64,000 nt of DNA, taken from NCBI RefSeq assembly GCF_963921235.1, contig NC_086098.1, positions 100,812,001 through 100,876,000 of the forward strand, in the 5' to 3' direction. Positions 24,890 to 36,904 of the stretch are shown here, one piece after another. A program made the translations under genes and the position numbers. The notes under the pieces were generated by a model. That model saw only the letters and a list, made by a program, of their open reading frames with translations, searched no databases and was not told where the DNA came from. The first letter of the stretch is position 1. Each line of letters starts with the position of its first letter. Source of the DNA: Mobula hypostoma. Taxonomy: Eukaryota.

Positions 24890-27800
24890 AATTTCAATAT
24901 CAGAATTAGGCTTATCGTCAATGACATTTGTTGTGAATTTTGTTGTTTTTGTAGCAGCAGTAGAGTGTAAGAGATAAAAAGTTACTATAAATTACAATAA
25001 AAAAATAGTGCAATAGAGGAATTGTGAGGCGGTGTCCATGGGTTCGTGGGCTATTCAGAAATCGGGTAGCAGAGATACGAAGCTGTTCCTAAAATGCTGA
25101 CTGTCAGTCTTCAGGCTCCTGTTCCTCCTCCCTGATGGTAGTATGAGAAGAGGGCATGTCATGAATAGTGAGGGTCTTTAATGATGTATGCCGTCTTCTT
25201 GAGACACTGCCTCTTGAAGCTACTGTTGATGGTGGGGAGGATTGTGCCAGTGATGGAGCTGGCCGAGCTTACAACCTTCTGCAGCCTCTTTCAGCCTTGT
25301 ACATTGGAGCCTCCATACCAGGTGTTGAAGTATCCAGTCAGAATGCTCTTCATTGTACATCTGCAGACATTTGCTGGAGTCTGTAGCGGAGTCTCAAATC
25401 TCTTCAACTCCAAGCATGGCTTCTTCATGATTGATTCAATATGTTGGGCCTCGGTGGATCATCAGAGATGCTGATGCCCAGGAACTTGAAGCTGCTCACT
25501 ATTTCCATTGCTGATCCCTCAATGGAGACTGGTGTGTTCTCCTGAATTTCCCTTTCTCAAGTTTACAAACAATTTATTGGTCTCGCTGATGTTGAGTACA
25601 GCTGGTCTGCCTCACTTCTTCATAGCTACTCATCACTAACTGAGATTCTGCTAACAACAGTAGTGTCCTTGGTGAATTTGTGATGGTGTTTGAGCTGTGC
25701 TTAGCCACACAGTATTAAGTGTAGAGAAAGTAAGCAGTGGGCAAAGCACCCATCCTTAAAGTGAACCTGTGTTGATTGTAAGTGAGGAGGAGATGTTATT
25801 ATTGATCTACACAGACTGTGGTTTCCTGTTGAGGAAGTCAAGAATCCAGTAGCAGAAAATGGTATTGAGCCTCAGGTTTTGAAGCTTGTTGATTAGTACT
25901 GAGGGGATGATGGTGCTGAATGCTGAACTGTGGTCAATAAACATCAGCCTGATGTAGGTATTGCTATTGTTCAGGTGGTTCAAAACCAAGTAGGGAGACA
26001 GTGAGATTGTGTCAGTTGTAGACCTGCTATGGACATGAACAAATTAAAATTGCAACGGGTCCAGATCTTTGCTCATCCTTAGGCCATCCTCTCAAAGCAC
26101 TTCATCACAACAGATGTAAGTGCTATCAGGTGATAGTCATTGAGAGGGTTCGCCCTGCTCTTCTTGGGCAGCAGTATGATTGATGCCCTTTTGAACCTTC
26201 AACTGCAGCATGACTATGGCTAGAATACTGCCCAACTTCACGCAGTATGCGAGCTGTACAACCAGAGGGGAGAAGACTCTGGATTTGATGTACGCTAATG
26301 TTAAGGATGCATACAGCTCCTCTCCCCTCCCCCCACTGGGAAGGTCAGATCACAACCTGGTGCATCTAAAACCCTGCTACGTGCATCTGGTGAAGAGTAA
26401 ACCTGCAACCTCGAGGACAGTGAGAAAATGGTCGGAGGAGGCTTATGAGGCACTCCAGGGTTGTTTTGAGGTGACAGAATGGCAGGCACTCTGTGAGCCA
26501 CATGGAGAGGATATTGATGGGCTCACAGAATGCATCACTGATTACATTAACTTCTGTGTGGACTGCAATGTTTCGACAAGAACTGAGCTTTGTTATTCAA
26601 ATAACAAGCCATGGGTGACAAAGGACATTAAGGACATCCTGAACACTAAAAAGAGGGCGTTTAAAGATGGAAATAGGGAGGAGCTGAGGGCAATACAAAC
26701 GGACCTAAAAGCCAGGATCAGGGAGGATAAAGACAGGTACAGGAGGAAGCTTGAGTGGAAACTCCAGCAGAACAACATGAGAGAGGTCTGGAGAGGGATG
26801 ACGACCATCACTGGGTTTCGGCAAACTAGCAACAGAGGAGCTGAAGGCAGTGTGGACAGGGCCAATGAACTTAACCTGTTCTTTAACAGATTTGACCTTG
26901 TGACCCCTGCCTATCCCCCACATGAGCCATCTGTTGTCGGCCCCCAACCACATATATTCTACTCTCCCCTCCTACCCCTCCTCACAGTCCCCCACCCTGC
27001 TCTCATGACTATACCGCTCCCCCATACGAAACCACCATGGTGGGCTTCATGGCTGAACAGGTGAGAAGACAGCTGAAACGTCTCAACCTAAGCAAGGCTG
27101 CAGGACCGGATGGTGTCAGAACCAGGGTGCTCAAAGCCTGTGCCCCTCAGCTATGTGGAGTACTTCGCCATGTATTCAACATGAGCCTGAGGCTCCAGAG
27201 GGTTCCTGTACTGTGGAAGACGTCCTGCCTCGTCCCTGTGCCGAAGACGCCATGCCCCAGCGGCCTCAGTGACTACAGACTGGTGGCATTGACCTCCCAC
27301 ATCATGAAGACCCTGGAGAGACTTGTTCTGGAGCTGCTCCGGCCTATGGTCAGGCCACACGTAGATCCCCTCCAGTTCACCTACCAGCCCCGAGTAGGAG
27401 ATGAGGATGCCATCATCTACCTGCTGAACCGTGTCTACGCCCACCTGGACAAGCCAGCGAGCACTGTGAGGGTCATGTTTTTTGACTTCTCCAGTGCGTT
27501 CAACACCATCCGCCCTGCTCTGCTGGGGGAGAAGCTGACGGCGATGCAGGTGGATGCTTCCCTGGTATCATGGATTCTTGATAACCTGACTGGCAGACCA
27601 CAGTACGTGTGCTTGCAACACTGTGTGTCTGACAGAGTGATCAACAGCACTGGGGCTCCACAGGGCACTGTCTTGTCTCCCTTTCTCTTCACCATTTACA
27701 CCTCGGACTTCAACTACTGCACAGAGTCTTGTCATCTTCAGAAGTTTTCTGATGACTCTGCCATAGTTGGATGCATCAGCAAGGGAGACGAGGTTGAGTA

Positions 27801-29080
27801 CAGGGCTACGGTAGGAAACTTTGTCACATGGTGTGAGCAGAATTATCTGCAGCTTAATGTGAAAAAGACTAAGGAGCTGGTGGTAGACCTGAGGTATCTG
27901 TGACCCCTGTTTCCATCCAGGGGGTCAGTGTGGACATGGTGGAGGATTACAAATACCTGGGGATACAAATTGATAATAAACTGGACTGGTCAAAGAACAC
28001 TGAGGCTGTCTACAAGAAGGGTCAGAGCCATCTCTATTTCCTGAGGAGACTGAGGTCCTTTAACATCTGCTGGACGATGCTGAGGATGTTCTACGAGTCT
28101 GTGATGGCCAGTGCTATCATGTTTGCTGTTGTGTGCTGGGGCAGCAGGCTGAGGGTAGCAGACACCAACAGAATCAACAAACTCATTCGTAAGGCCAGTG
28201 ATGTTGTGGGGATGGAACTGGACTCTCTCACGGTTGTGTCTGAAAAGAGGATGCTGTCTAAGTTGCATGCCATCTTGGTCAATATCTCCCATCCACTACA
28301 TAATGTACTGGGTGGACACAGGAGTACATTCAGTCAGAGACTCATTCCTCCAAGATGCAGCACAGAGCGTCATAGGAAGTCATTCCTGCCTGTGGCCATC
28401 AAACTTTACAACTCCTCCCTTGGAGGGTCAGACACCCTGAGCCGATAGGCTGGTCCTGGACTTACTTCATAATTTTCTGGCATAATTTACATATTGCTAT
28501 TTAACTATTTATTACTATTTTCTATTACTATTTATTATTTCTATGACTATTACTATTTACTAATAGTAATATTTCTATTACTATTTATTAATTATAGTGC
28601 AACTGTAACGAAAACCAATTTCTCCCGGGATCAATAAAGTATGACTATGACTATGAGAGCTTGAAGGTATCCTTGAACACTCCAGCCAGTTGATCAGCAC
28701 AGGTTTTCATGCTGCAGAAGATTGATGCCTTGTGAGGGTTCACCCTCTTGAAGGATACACTAATGTTGGCCTCCGAGACACAGATCAAAGGGTCACTAGA
28801 TGCCGTAAGGATTCGCACAGGTATAGTTTTATTCTCCCTTTCAAAACGTGCATAAGAGGTGGTAAGCTCATCAAGAGTGAAGCATCATAATCATTTATAC
28901 TGTTCAGTTTTGACTAATAGGAAATAATGGAATTTAAACCCTCCTACAGCTGTCATGCATATGATTGTGTTTCTAACTTTCCATGGAATTTCCTTTTCTT
29001 CTTTTAATGGCCTTCTATGGGACAGACTTCGTCTTCTTGTACATTTCTGGATCACAGATCCTGAATGTCACAGATCTCAG
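24890..29080 (-). mobile_element. Old Rex1/Babar LINE (pieces ~24890-26208 and ~28655-29080) split by a younger element
   Basis: Minus ORF 25807-25989 HLNNSNTYIRLMFIDHSSAFSTIIPSVLINKL...WILDFLNRKPQSV. Homology continues on both sides of the insertion. Confidence 0.85.
26209..28654 (+). mobile_element. Young Rex1/Babar LINE, 5'-truncated, two frameshifts
   Basis: ORFs 26210-27064 (APE end TRGEKTLDL..LGRSDH), 27037-27903 (KAAGPDG, FFDFSSAFNTI, GAPQGTVLSP, KFSDD) and 27900-28448 (YKYLG). AATAAA then (TATGAC)n tail. Confidence 0.95.
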
Positions 29081-29954
29081 CACTCTGAAACTCTTGGTAC
29101 ATCCATGGTTTCTAGTTTGGGACTGGCTCTGGTTCTGGTCTGGTTCATTCTAATGCATAACATTTTCAAAATGCTAATATATTCTGGTTACATTTGGCAA
29201 TCCCTAAGTGCCCAAGCATGATTTAACATGATATTTTTGAGTTAGTGGTCTTTCTTTCATTCACCACCTGATACAACTGAGTGGCAGCATTACAGACATC
29301 AAATCTCCGTTCATTAAAACTTTACTGATGCCAAATAATTCCCGAGACTGGAGGACTAAGCAATGTATTAGTTAAATGTAATCAGATATAGCTCTAGTAA
29401 TTGTCATTTACCCAAAATATTTGGGAAGTGGGAAGACTCAGTTAATACAAATAAATAAAAACCCTAAATAAGCCAAGCTGGTAGTGTGCTGGAAAATGAG
29501 GAAGAAGTTAGGACCATTAACAAAGCATTTGTAATTGAAAAAAATGAGACAATCAGGCAGAAAAACTCAGCAGGCAAGATATGTACATATACTGGAAGGA
29601 TACAGCTGAGTGGAACCAAACAGTATGAATGTGGCACTTCAGGGTTAATGAGATTGATGAGCTATGTCAGCCTCAATCAACGGCAACCATTTCATTTCTT
29701 TAATGTTTATCATAACAGCGGAGAGATTTAATTGTTTTTCCCAATGTAACTTTGCTCATGAGAATGGCAAAGAAAATATTGCACAGTTGTGGAGAAGTGG
29801 AAGCAAAGAGTAATCAGGGAAGGTCTCACAATTAACTGCGTTTCGCACAAGCAACATCAGTTCTAACAAAGTTTTCTGATACTGAAAGGAGAGCTATGAA
29901 CTTTTTCAAGGTTCTTTTGAAGACTCTGACTTCAGTTCTTTGTGGGAATGGAAC

Positions 29955-30630
29955 CTGTTCTCAGGGCCCCACGACGGCCAGTTTTTGATAGCCTAAGGAT
30001 GCGGCCTGGAAGACTAGTGTGCCTTCAGAGTGCCAGATTTTCTTGGCTCTGGAGACGGAATATTTCAAGACCAGTTCCACTGACTGAGGCATCGCAGGAG
30101 AACACAGAACATTGAGAGCAGTGGGCTGGGTGTCCAGAGACCTGAGCCCTGGGGCCAACTCTCTAAGTGCAGAGCTTGGAAAAAGTGACACAACAGACTT
30201 TTAATATTGTAAAGAAGTGAGTTATTTGTTATGTCTCCCTCTCACTGTGAAATGGGGACACCCCTTTTTCCCTTATTAAGGAGAGGGGGAGAGAGAGAGA
30301 GAGAGCGCGAGCCTGTGGTATGTAGAATTATCGGGTGAAGGGTAGTCTTTAGGGTACTGCAAGTCTGTGTCTTTATTGATGCTTTGCTGCACACTTGAGT
30401 GCTCGGTGGAGTGGGGGGCACCGATGCTTTTTTGCTGGTGGGGGAGGGGGGTCATTGCTTTGCTGCTGCTTGTGTATGGAAGGGGGAGCTGGCGTAGTTT
30501 TGGGGCTCTAACATTTAAATGTCATTCATTCTCTGAGGCATTCCTCTGTTTTTGTGGATGTTTGTAAAGACAAAGAATTTCAGGATGTATATTGTATACA
30601 ATTCTCTGATATTAAGTGAACCTTTTGATG
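29955..30630 (+). repeat. Unclassified interspersed repeat containing (GA)n; same family as 23535 and 48085
   Basis: Colinear similarity to the reverse complement of 48085-48765. Confidence 0.75.
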
Positions 30631-30635
30631 GTCAG

Positions 30636-30882
30636 TGTTGTGTATTCAGTATTTCGGTAATATTTGAGGAGTATTGTAAATATATTGTTGGATTAGATAT
30701 TCTTTGTTTTTACACAATGCATGTGGATTATATGTAAAAGTACATGAATGACATTCGTTATTGTGCCACCACATCATATGTGTACACTCCACTTAAAGTA
30801 AAAATAAAACTAAGGGTTGTTCTCCTGGGTTTCCATCTTTTTCCTTTCAATCAGCTTTATGGATTATTTACAAAACGTAACA
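30636..30882 (+). repeat. 5' LTR
   Basis: TGTTGTG...CGTAACA termini, AATAAA inside, homologous to 35715-35953 plus 36251-36261. Confidence 0.9.
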
Positions 30883-31123
30883 GTGGCAATAAGGAAGTTT
30901 TAAACAAAGCTGAGACAACAACCTACCTGTTGAAATGCAGAGAGATGTTCAATTAAAAAAAGTGCAGCAAGAAATGGTTGTATTAAAAAAATATAGCACA
31001 GCACATGCTGTTCAGAAAAAGGAGACAGACACAGTCGGGTTAACAAAATATGGCAAAAATAGGAAGAATTCACTGGTTCATAAACAGTAAATACTGGGTG
31101 ATAATAATTATAAAAAATCAGAA

Positions 31124-32335
31124 ATGGCTGGCTACATCAGAAAGATTGACATGTTTGATTATACAAAAGATGACTAGAATATGTATTGTACATGGATTGA
31201 GTGGTATTGTAAATAAATAGAAAAGACAATTATGTCAATTTTGAAAAGTGTCTTGGATTTAAATGCATACAGTTTGCTTAGAAATTTAATTGCTCTAACC
31301 AAACCAGCTGAAATGTGCTTTGCTGATATCATGTAAGCAAAGCAGGAACACTTAGAACTGAAACCTTTGTTGAATGCAGAATGCTTTAGGTTTCGTAGGT
31401 GGAATCAAAAGGAAAGGCAGACCACTTCAGCATACATAACTGAATTGAAAAGTTTGACTGAGCATTGCCAGTTCTGTAATGCACTTAATTATGCCTTGAG
31501 AGATGATTTAGTTTGTGGAATCTTACAAGAAAGCATTCAAAAGCAGCTCCTAACTGAAACACAACTTACATTTAAAAGAACAGTTGAAATAGCTTTATCA
31601 ATGGAAACAGCAAACAGAGATAATCAAGTTGCAGTCAGGAAGGAAAGTGAACTAGAATAAAATTGCAATTACTAACCAGAAACCAGCCTGGCTGAACAAA
31701 TTGTGCTACTATTGTGGTAGTGTGTCACATTCATCAGACCAACGCAGAATTGAAGATGGAAACTTGCAGAAAATGCAATAAAATAGGACACTTAAAAAGA
31801 GTAGACAAAAATAAATGGACTATGCAAGGAAAGGAAAAAGATAAGTCAAGTTGCATTTTTAAAAACAGCACAAATCTGCATGCTGTTGAAGAAAAATCTG
31901 ATAATGATAAGAGTAATGCAGTACTGAGTATTCTTGAGATACTAAAAATAGACAAGCAACATGGCTTGAACCAGAAGTGAACAACAAATGAATTAAAATG
32001 GAATTGGATGCTGGTTTAGCTGTTTCAGTCATTTTACAAAATGAGTTTAATCAGTATTTCAAAGATACTAAACTAAATCCTGCAGATATCCAATTGAAAA
32101 CTTATACTGAAGAACAGATAACTCCTATAGGAATGATATTCCTAACAGTGAAATACAACAATCAGTAAGCCTCATTGACCTTGTATGAGGTATCATAAAA
32201 ACAGGAGGGCTAGCATTATGGGATCATGATTGGCAGAGACAGCTACAACTTGATTGGAGATCCATCCTCTGCCACACCCTCTGCAAAAGAGTCAGCTGAA
32301 AGCGAATTAAGAAAGGTACTAGATGATGTCACAAC
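31124..32335 (+). pseudogene. Gypsy gag and aspartic protease remnants
   Basis: MAGYIRKIDMFD; ECFRFRRWNQKE...YITELKSLTEHCQF...LRDDLVCGI; CCHC-like CRKCNKIGHL; IKMELDAGLAVSVI (LD[T]G). Multiple stops and frameshifts. Confidence 0.9.
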
Positions 32336-33115
32336 TGTCTCCATACTCTGCACCAGGAACTGTTGCCCAACAGAGCGCAAACAGTTGTTGGAAAGCATAA
32401 TGGAGCAAGGAAGGACCATGCTGCTCAGAGGAATTGCAAAACTGACCAAAGTTGTGGTCTGACTACAACAGTTTTTGTAGACAACATACCTGAGAAAACT
32501 TCTGATATGTTAATCAGACAGTTTCTTGTGAAGTGTGGCTTGCTTTTAAGCTGGAAGAGAGTTCAAAGAGTTTCAGGATAGTTACAAGCATTTGGCTTTT
32601 GTGTATAAAGAACCAGAATCTATACTGTGCATATAAAGGTTCTTGCATGAACTTTAGATGGGAGATATAAAGTTACTTGTGAAAGTAGATAAAAAGTCCA
32701 AAGCTCAGTTGGATGAATGGAAGGCCAAAAAGAAAGGAGTTAATGAAGATATGATAAAAGAGGATTCATCAGATGCTGTTGTGAATAAGCAACCTAAGAG
32801 AACAGGTCAGATCATAAAGGGAGCAAAGAAGGTTTATTGAGAGAATACTCCAGTGAAGTAAATGCACCTTTTCAAGATCAACATACACTTCACAGAAAGA
32901 AGAAAAAGAAAAAGAAAGAAGAAACAGGAAAAGAAAGAGGATGACAAAAGCACTATGAAAATGGACCAGCATAAACAAGACCTAATTTCATGAGAAATTA
33001 GCAAATTCAATGATACTCACAAGAAACTAGAAGAAGAAAATGGAAAGCAAGAAAAAGAAAGACAAGAAGTTAGAAAGGACAGAAGTAGATCCAGAGAAAA
33101 AGGCTGGGAAAAGGA
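32335..33115 (+). pseudogene. RBM25: Intronless RBM25 retrocopy fragment (RRM to start of the Glu/Arg-rich region), disabled
   Basis: VGKHNGARKDH...CGLTTTVFVDNIPEKTSDMLIRQFLVKCGLLLSWKRVQRVSG*LQAFGFC, KEPES, KLLVKVDKKSKAQLDEWKAKKK, REYSSEVNAP, DLIS*EISKFNDTHKKLEEENGKQEKERQE. These match vertebrate RBM25 as recalled (GPTTTVFVGNISEKASDMLIRQLLAKCGLVLSWKRVQGASGKLQAFGFCEYKEPES...). Confidence 0.93.
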
Positions 33116-33199
33116 GAAGAAAGTTGTCCAAAGCTGTCAAAACCGCTACCTGCAGGCTCAGAGTCAACGTCTACAACTATCACAATGGATACTATATAT

Positions 33200-34590
33200 A
33201 TTATGTATCTTTTCTCACCCCTTATGGGCGGTGTGTATGTGTACTCTTCCCTCAATCTAGGATCCTCTACCAGAGATTTGGCAGCTTGAGAGTTCAGTGC
33301 AAAATCCTAGCTGTTCCTACTAGTGTGCTCTTCTGGACTGATATCTCAGATGTTGTTCCCAGGATTTGTTGGAATCACTCTCCCAATCCAAGAGTGATGG
33401 CTCCAAGTGCTCCTATCACCACTGGGCTTACTCTGGATTTAACTTTCTACATCCCTTCTATCTGCTTTTTCAAGCCCTGGTATTTCTCCAGCTTCTCAAA
33501 TTCTTTCTTCCAGATGTTACTGTCATTCGGGATCCTATGTCTGGTTGGTTGGCCAGTACCTGCTTGGAAATTCCACAAGTTCTTAGCTCCATCATTCTCC
33601 ACTACCTTCTCGGGGGAGTATATCCCATTTGGACTTGGAAGTGTCCAATCCATATTCAGCGCAGATTCCTGCAACTTGGTTGTGCTGTTTAGTGAATGTT
33701 GTCCTTGCCTGCATTTTGCATCCGATCACTATGTCCTGAATGGTTTCAGTGGATTCCTTGTACAGTCTGCATCTTGGGTCTTGTCTAATGTGACAGACAA
33801 CCTTTTCTATTGCTCTGTGCTCAGCACCTGTCCTTGTGTAGCCATGAGCAGTGCCTCTGCGCTGTTCCTCAGCCCTACCATTTCCAGCCACTGGTAGGAT
33901 TTTCTTATGTCAGCCACCCTGATATCTGACGATGGTACATCCCGTGCAGTGGCTTGTCCTGCCATGGCCTCTATTCTCTGGCTCTGCTTCACCCACTTCC
34001 ATTTCCATGCCCCCTGCCTGTTGTCTGAGGTATTCCTCTAGTAGGTCATCCTTGGGGGCCATCTTCCTGCCATACTTATGGATATTTCATATTTCTTCCA
34101 GGACTATGGCTTTGACACTTCCAGGTCCCTGTCCTCCTTTATTCCAGCAGGTGTACAGTGACTCAACATTGGACATTGAGTGGAGTCTTCCATATATTGT
34201 TGGTAGTTTATGGGTCTTGATGTCAGTGGCTTCCAGTTCATTCCTTCGCCAGTACACGATTGTGGCTCGGTACTGATGACTGGTAGGGCAAATGTTTTGA
34301 TGGCTCTCAAATTGTTCTTCCTATTCAGCTGGCTTTTTATGACTGCCTTACGCTTTGGAGGTACTTGGATGTTGCATCCTTCTTTGGGTCCTCAACAAGG
34401 CTTCCATGCACTTGCAGGATCCCCAGGTATTTGTAGCTGTCTGGTACATCTAGTGTGTGGCTGTTAGGTAACTCTACTCCATCAACCTTGATGAGTTTAC
34501 CTCCTTTTGTAACCATCTGGCTACACTTTTCCAGTCCAAGTGACATCCCGATGTCTCTGCTGTACACCTTTGTCAGGTGGATTAGTGATT
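33200..34590 (-). mobile_element. R4/Dong (Rex6-like) non-LTR retrotransposon fragment with restriction-like endonuclease
   Basis: DIGMSLGLEKC, SYKYLGILQ, AIKTFALPVI, DPRCRLYKESTETIQDIVIGC..HNQVAGI, KKEFEKLEKYQGLK, C-terminal GTARIL..TLKLPNLW*. Confidence 0.85.
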
Positions 34591-35663
34591 CTTTCTTTTT
34601 AAATCTTTTTATTAGTTTTTCAAAATTATAAACTCAATAACAAAGTTGGTACAAAGAGATTGGAAAAATGTTCATCAGCATATATAAAATGAATTTTAAG
34701 TAGCATAGAAATAAAAGATTTCCAAACTCATAATGAGATTAAACATTAACAAAGAAATAAAAAGAAAAAAATATATATAAACAAAAAAAAGCGCCAAAAG
34801 AAAAAAAGAAAAAAAACCCAAAAAAAGGTAAAACAGGGCTAGACCAACAACTTGTATCAGACACGATCAATAATGTCATTAACTCCGCTCCTCTCATCAT
34901 ATAATTTTAGAAAAAAGATTCGGAAAGGTCAGATTACATCATATGAAAATGTTGCATAAAAGGTTTCCAAGTATCTTCAAATTTAACCGAAGGGTCAAAA
35001 ATATCACTTCTAATTTTTTCTAAATTTAAACTTAATATGGTTTGAGAAAACAATTGGAATGCAGTTGGAGGATTAGTTTCCTTCCAGTTCAACAAAATAG
35101 ATCTTCTCGCCATTAAAATAACAAAAGCTATCATTCAAGAGGCTGAAGAAGACAAAGATTTATGTTCTACCATTGGCAATCCAAAGATTGCCGTAATAGG
35201 ATGGGGTTTTAAATCAAAGCATAGAACTGTTGAAATAATATCAAAAATGTCTTTCCAATATTTTTCCAAAAGAGGACAGGACCAAAACATATGAGCTAAA
35301 GAAGCCACTTCAGAGTGACATCTATCACAAGTAGGGTTTATATGGGAATAAAAACGAGCGAGTTTATCTTTGGACATATGAGCTCTGTGTACTACTTTAA
35401 GTTGTATTAAAGTATGTTTAGCACATATAGAAGAAGTACTAACTAATTGAAAAAAATTTCCCATTTCTCTATAGGTAGGGAAAGTTGAATTTCCCTTTCC
35501 CATTCATTTTTAATTTTATCAGATATATCTGGTGGTAATTTCATAATTATATCATAAATTATTGCTATTAATCCCTTCTGCAAAGGATTAAAACCTAAAA
35601 TTTTATCAAAAATGCCAGAAGGGTTTGAAGTAGGAAAGGTAGGCAACATAGTATTTAAATAAT
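34591..35663 (-). mobile_element. L1-clade LINE 3' fragment
   Basis: IQLKVVHRAHMSK..CDRCHSEVASLAHMFWSCPLLEKYW zinc knuckle, ARRSILLNWK, T-rich UTR with AATAAA and A-rich tail. TSD TTAGTGATT at ~34582 and ~35664. Confidence 0.88.
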
Positions 35664-35714
35664 TTAGTGATTAGTAATTCAATATATGTACTATATACAT
35701 TACGCAGGGAGGAG

Positions 35715-36261
35715 TGCTATGTATTTATTGTTTCAGTTATATTTGGGTAAATTGTAAATATATTGTTTAATTGAGCAATCTTTGTTGTTTACATAATCCA
35801 TTGTGGATAATATGTAAAAGTACATAAATGGCATACGTCATTACATCACCATGTCATGTGGCATGCCTCATTTAAAGTGAAACTGAAACTGAGATCCACT
35901 CTCCTGGGCTCCCATGGTTTTCCTTTAAATTAGCTTTATGTTTTAGTTACAACGGCTGAAATGGCTGTCACAAGAAGGCACAGGTTTAAGGTGCTGGGGA
36001 GCAGGTACAGAGGCAATGTCAGGGGTAGGTTTTTTACGCAGAGAGTGGTGAGTGCGTGGAATGGGTTGCCTGCAACAGCGGCAGAGGTGGATATGATAGG
36101 GTCTTTTAAGAGACTTCTGGATAGGTACATGGAGCTTAGAAAAATAGAGAGCTATGGGTAAGCCTAGTAATTCCTAAGGTAAGGACACGTTCGGCACAAC
36201 CTTGTGGGCCAAAGGGCCTGTATTGTGCTGTAGGTTTTCTATGTTTTTATAAAGCATAACA
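35715..36261 (+). repeat. 3' LTR, interrupted near its end by a CR1 fragment
   Basis: Follows the PPT; '...agttacaa' [CR1] 'aaagcataaca' then TSD. Confidence 0.85.
35954..36250 (+). mobile_element. CR1 3' fragment
   Basis: ORF 35961-36161 TRRHRFKV..GRFFTQRVVSAWNGLP..FKRLLDRYME and 3' tail. Confidence 0.92.
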
Positions 36262-36529
36262 GTCAGGTCTTTCAAGCTAGCTTGTGGCAGGCATGCAGGT
36301 CACAATCACTCTTTGTCTCCTCATTTCTTCCATCCAGTTCCCCTCATCAAACATAGAACATTTCCCTCACCATGAGCAAAGAAAAATGATCTAATATCTT
36401 TGACATGTTGTTAAACATTAAAAAGTTAAAATAGCTCATTGAGACCAACACATTATCACACATAAGGAGCATATTAAGAGCATGTCTTAAATTTTGAACT
36501 GTTTAGTTGTATCCTTTCTCTAGAACATT

Positions 36530-36745
36530 GTATCTCCGCCCTACTGCTACTTTATAGCCAAAATTTTAGCAGCTTGAGGACAGCCAGCAAGTGTTGCCAC
36601 ACACTCAATCGCTGAACAGCATACCCACAATGCTTGGCAGAACAGCACAGAACAATGCAACGCAATAACAGCAAAACAAATTTCATTCCTCCCAGGCTTC
36701 TTCCACCCACCACCACCCCCTCCCCCCAGCAATACACAGTCCTAT
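36530..36745 (-). repeat. Short interspersed repeat related to 60905-61225
   Basis: Shared 'tgttctgccaagcattgtgggtatgct...aatgtgtggcaacacttgc' core. Confidence 0.6.
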
Positions 36746-36904
36746 GTGGAATGTAAAAGAGGAGCGTTTCTTATCTACTTCTATTGGGTAATGGGACCAA
36801 CAAGGTCATTTATTCTGCACCAACATCGGGTTTTGCCTTTGATTTGCAAAAAGGATTCAGAGTCCCATACTGCTCAGTGGTGTAAGAGTATTATAGAGAT
36901 GCAA

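Larger units (their letters stand above)
30636..36261 (+). mobile_element. Gypsy LTR retrotransposon, non-autonomous, with captured RBM25 fragment and nested R4, L1 and CR1 insertions
   Basis: 5' LTR TG..CA at 30636-30882, PBS-like gTGGC at 30883, gag and protease remnants, PPT AGGGAGGAG at 35706-35714, 3' LTR 35715-36261. 5-bp TSD GTCAG at 30631-30635 and 36262-36266. Confidence 0.9.

Noticed and set aside
27151-28440. Several overlapping antisense or alternate-frame ORFs
   Set aside because: Shadows of the Rex1/Babar ORF.
32335-33115. Functional RBM25 gene
   Set aside because: No introns, in-frame stops and frameshifts, and it lacks the N-terminus and PWI domain.
33040-33897. 285-aa plus-strand ORF
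   Set aside because: Chance read-through across out-of-frame RBM25, the Gypsy tail and antisense R4 sequence.
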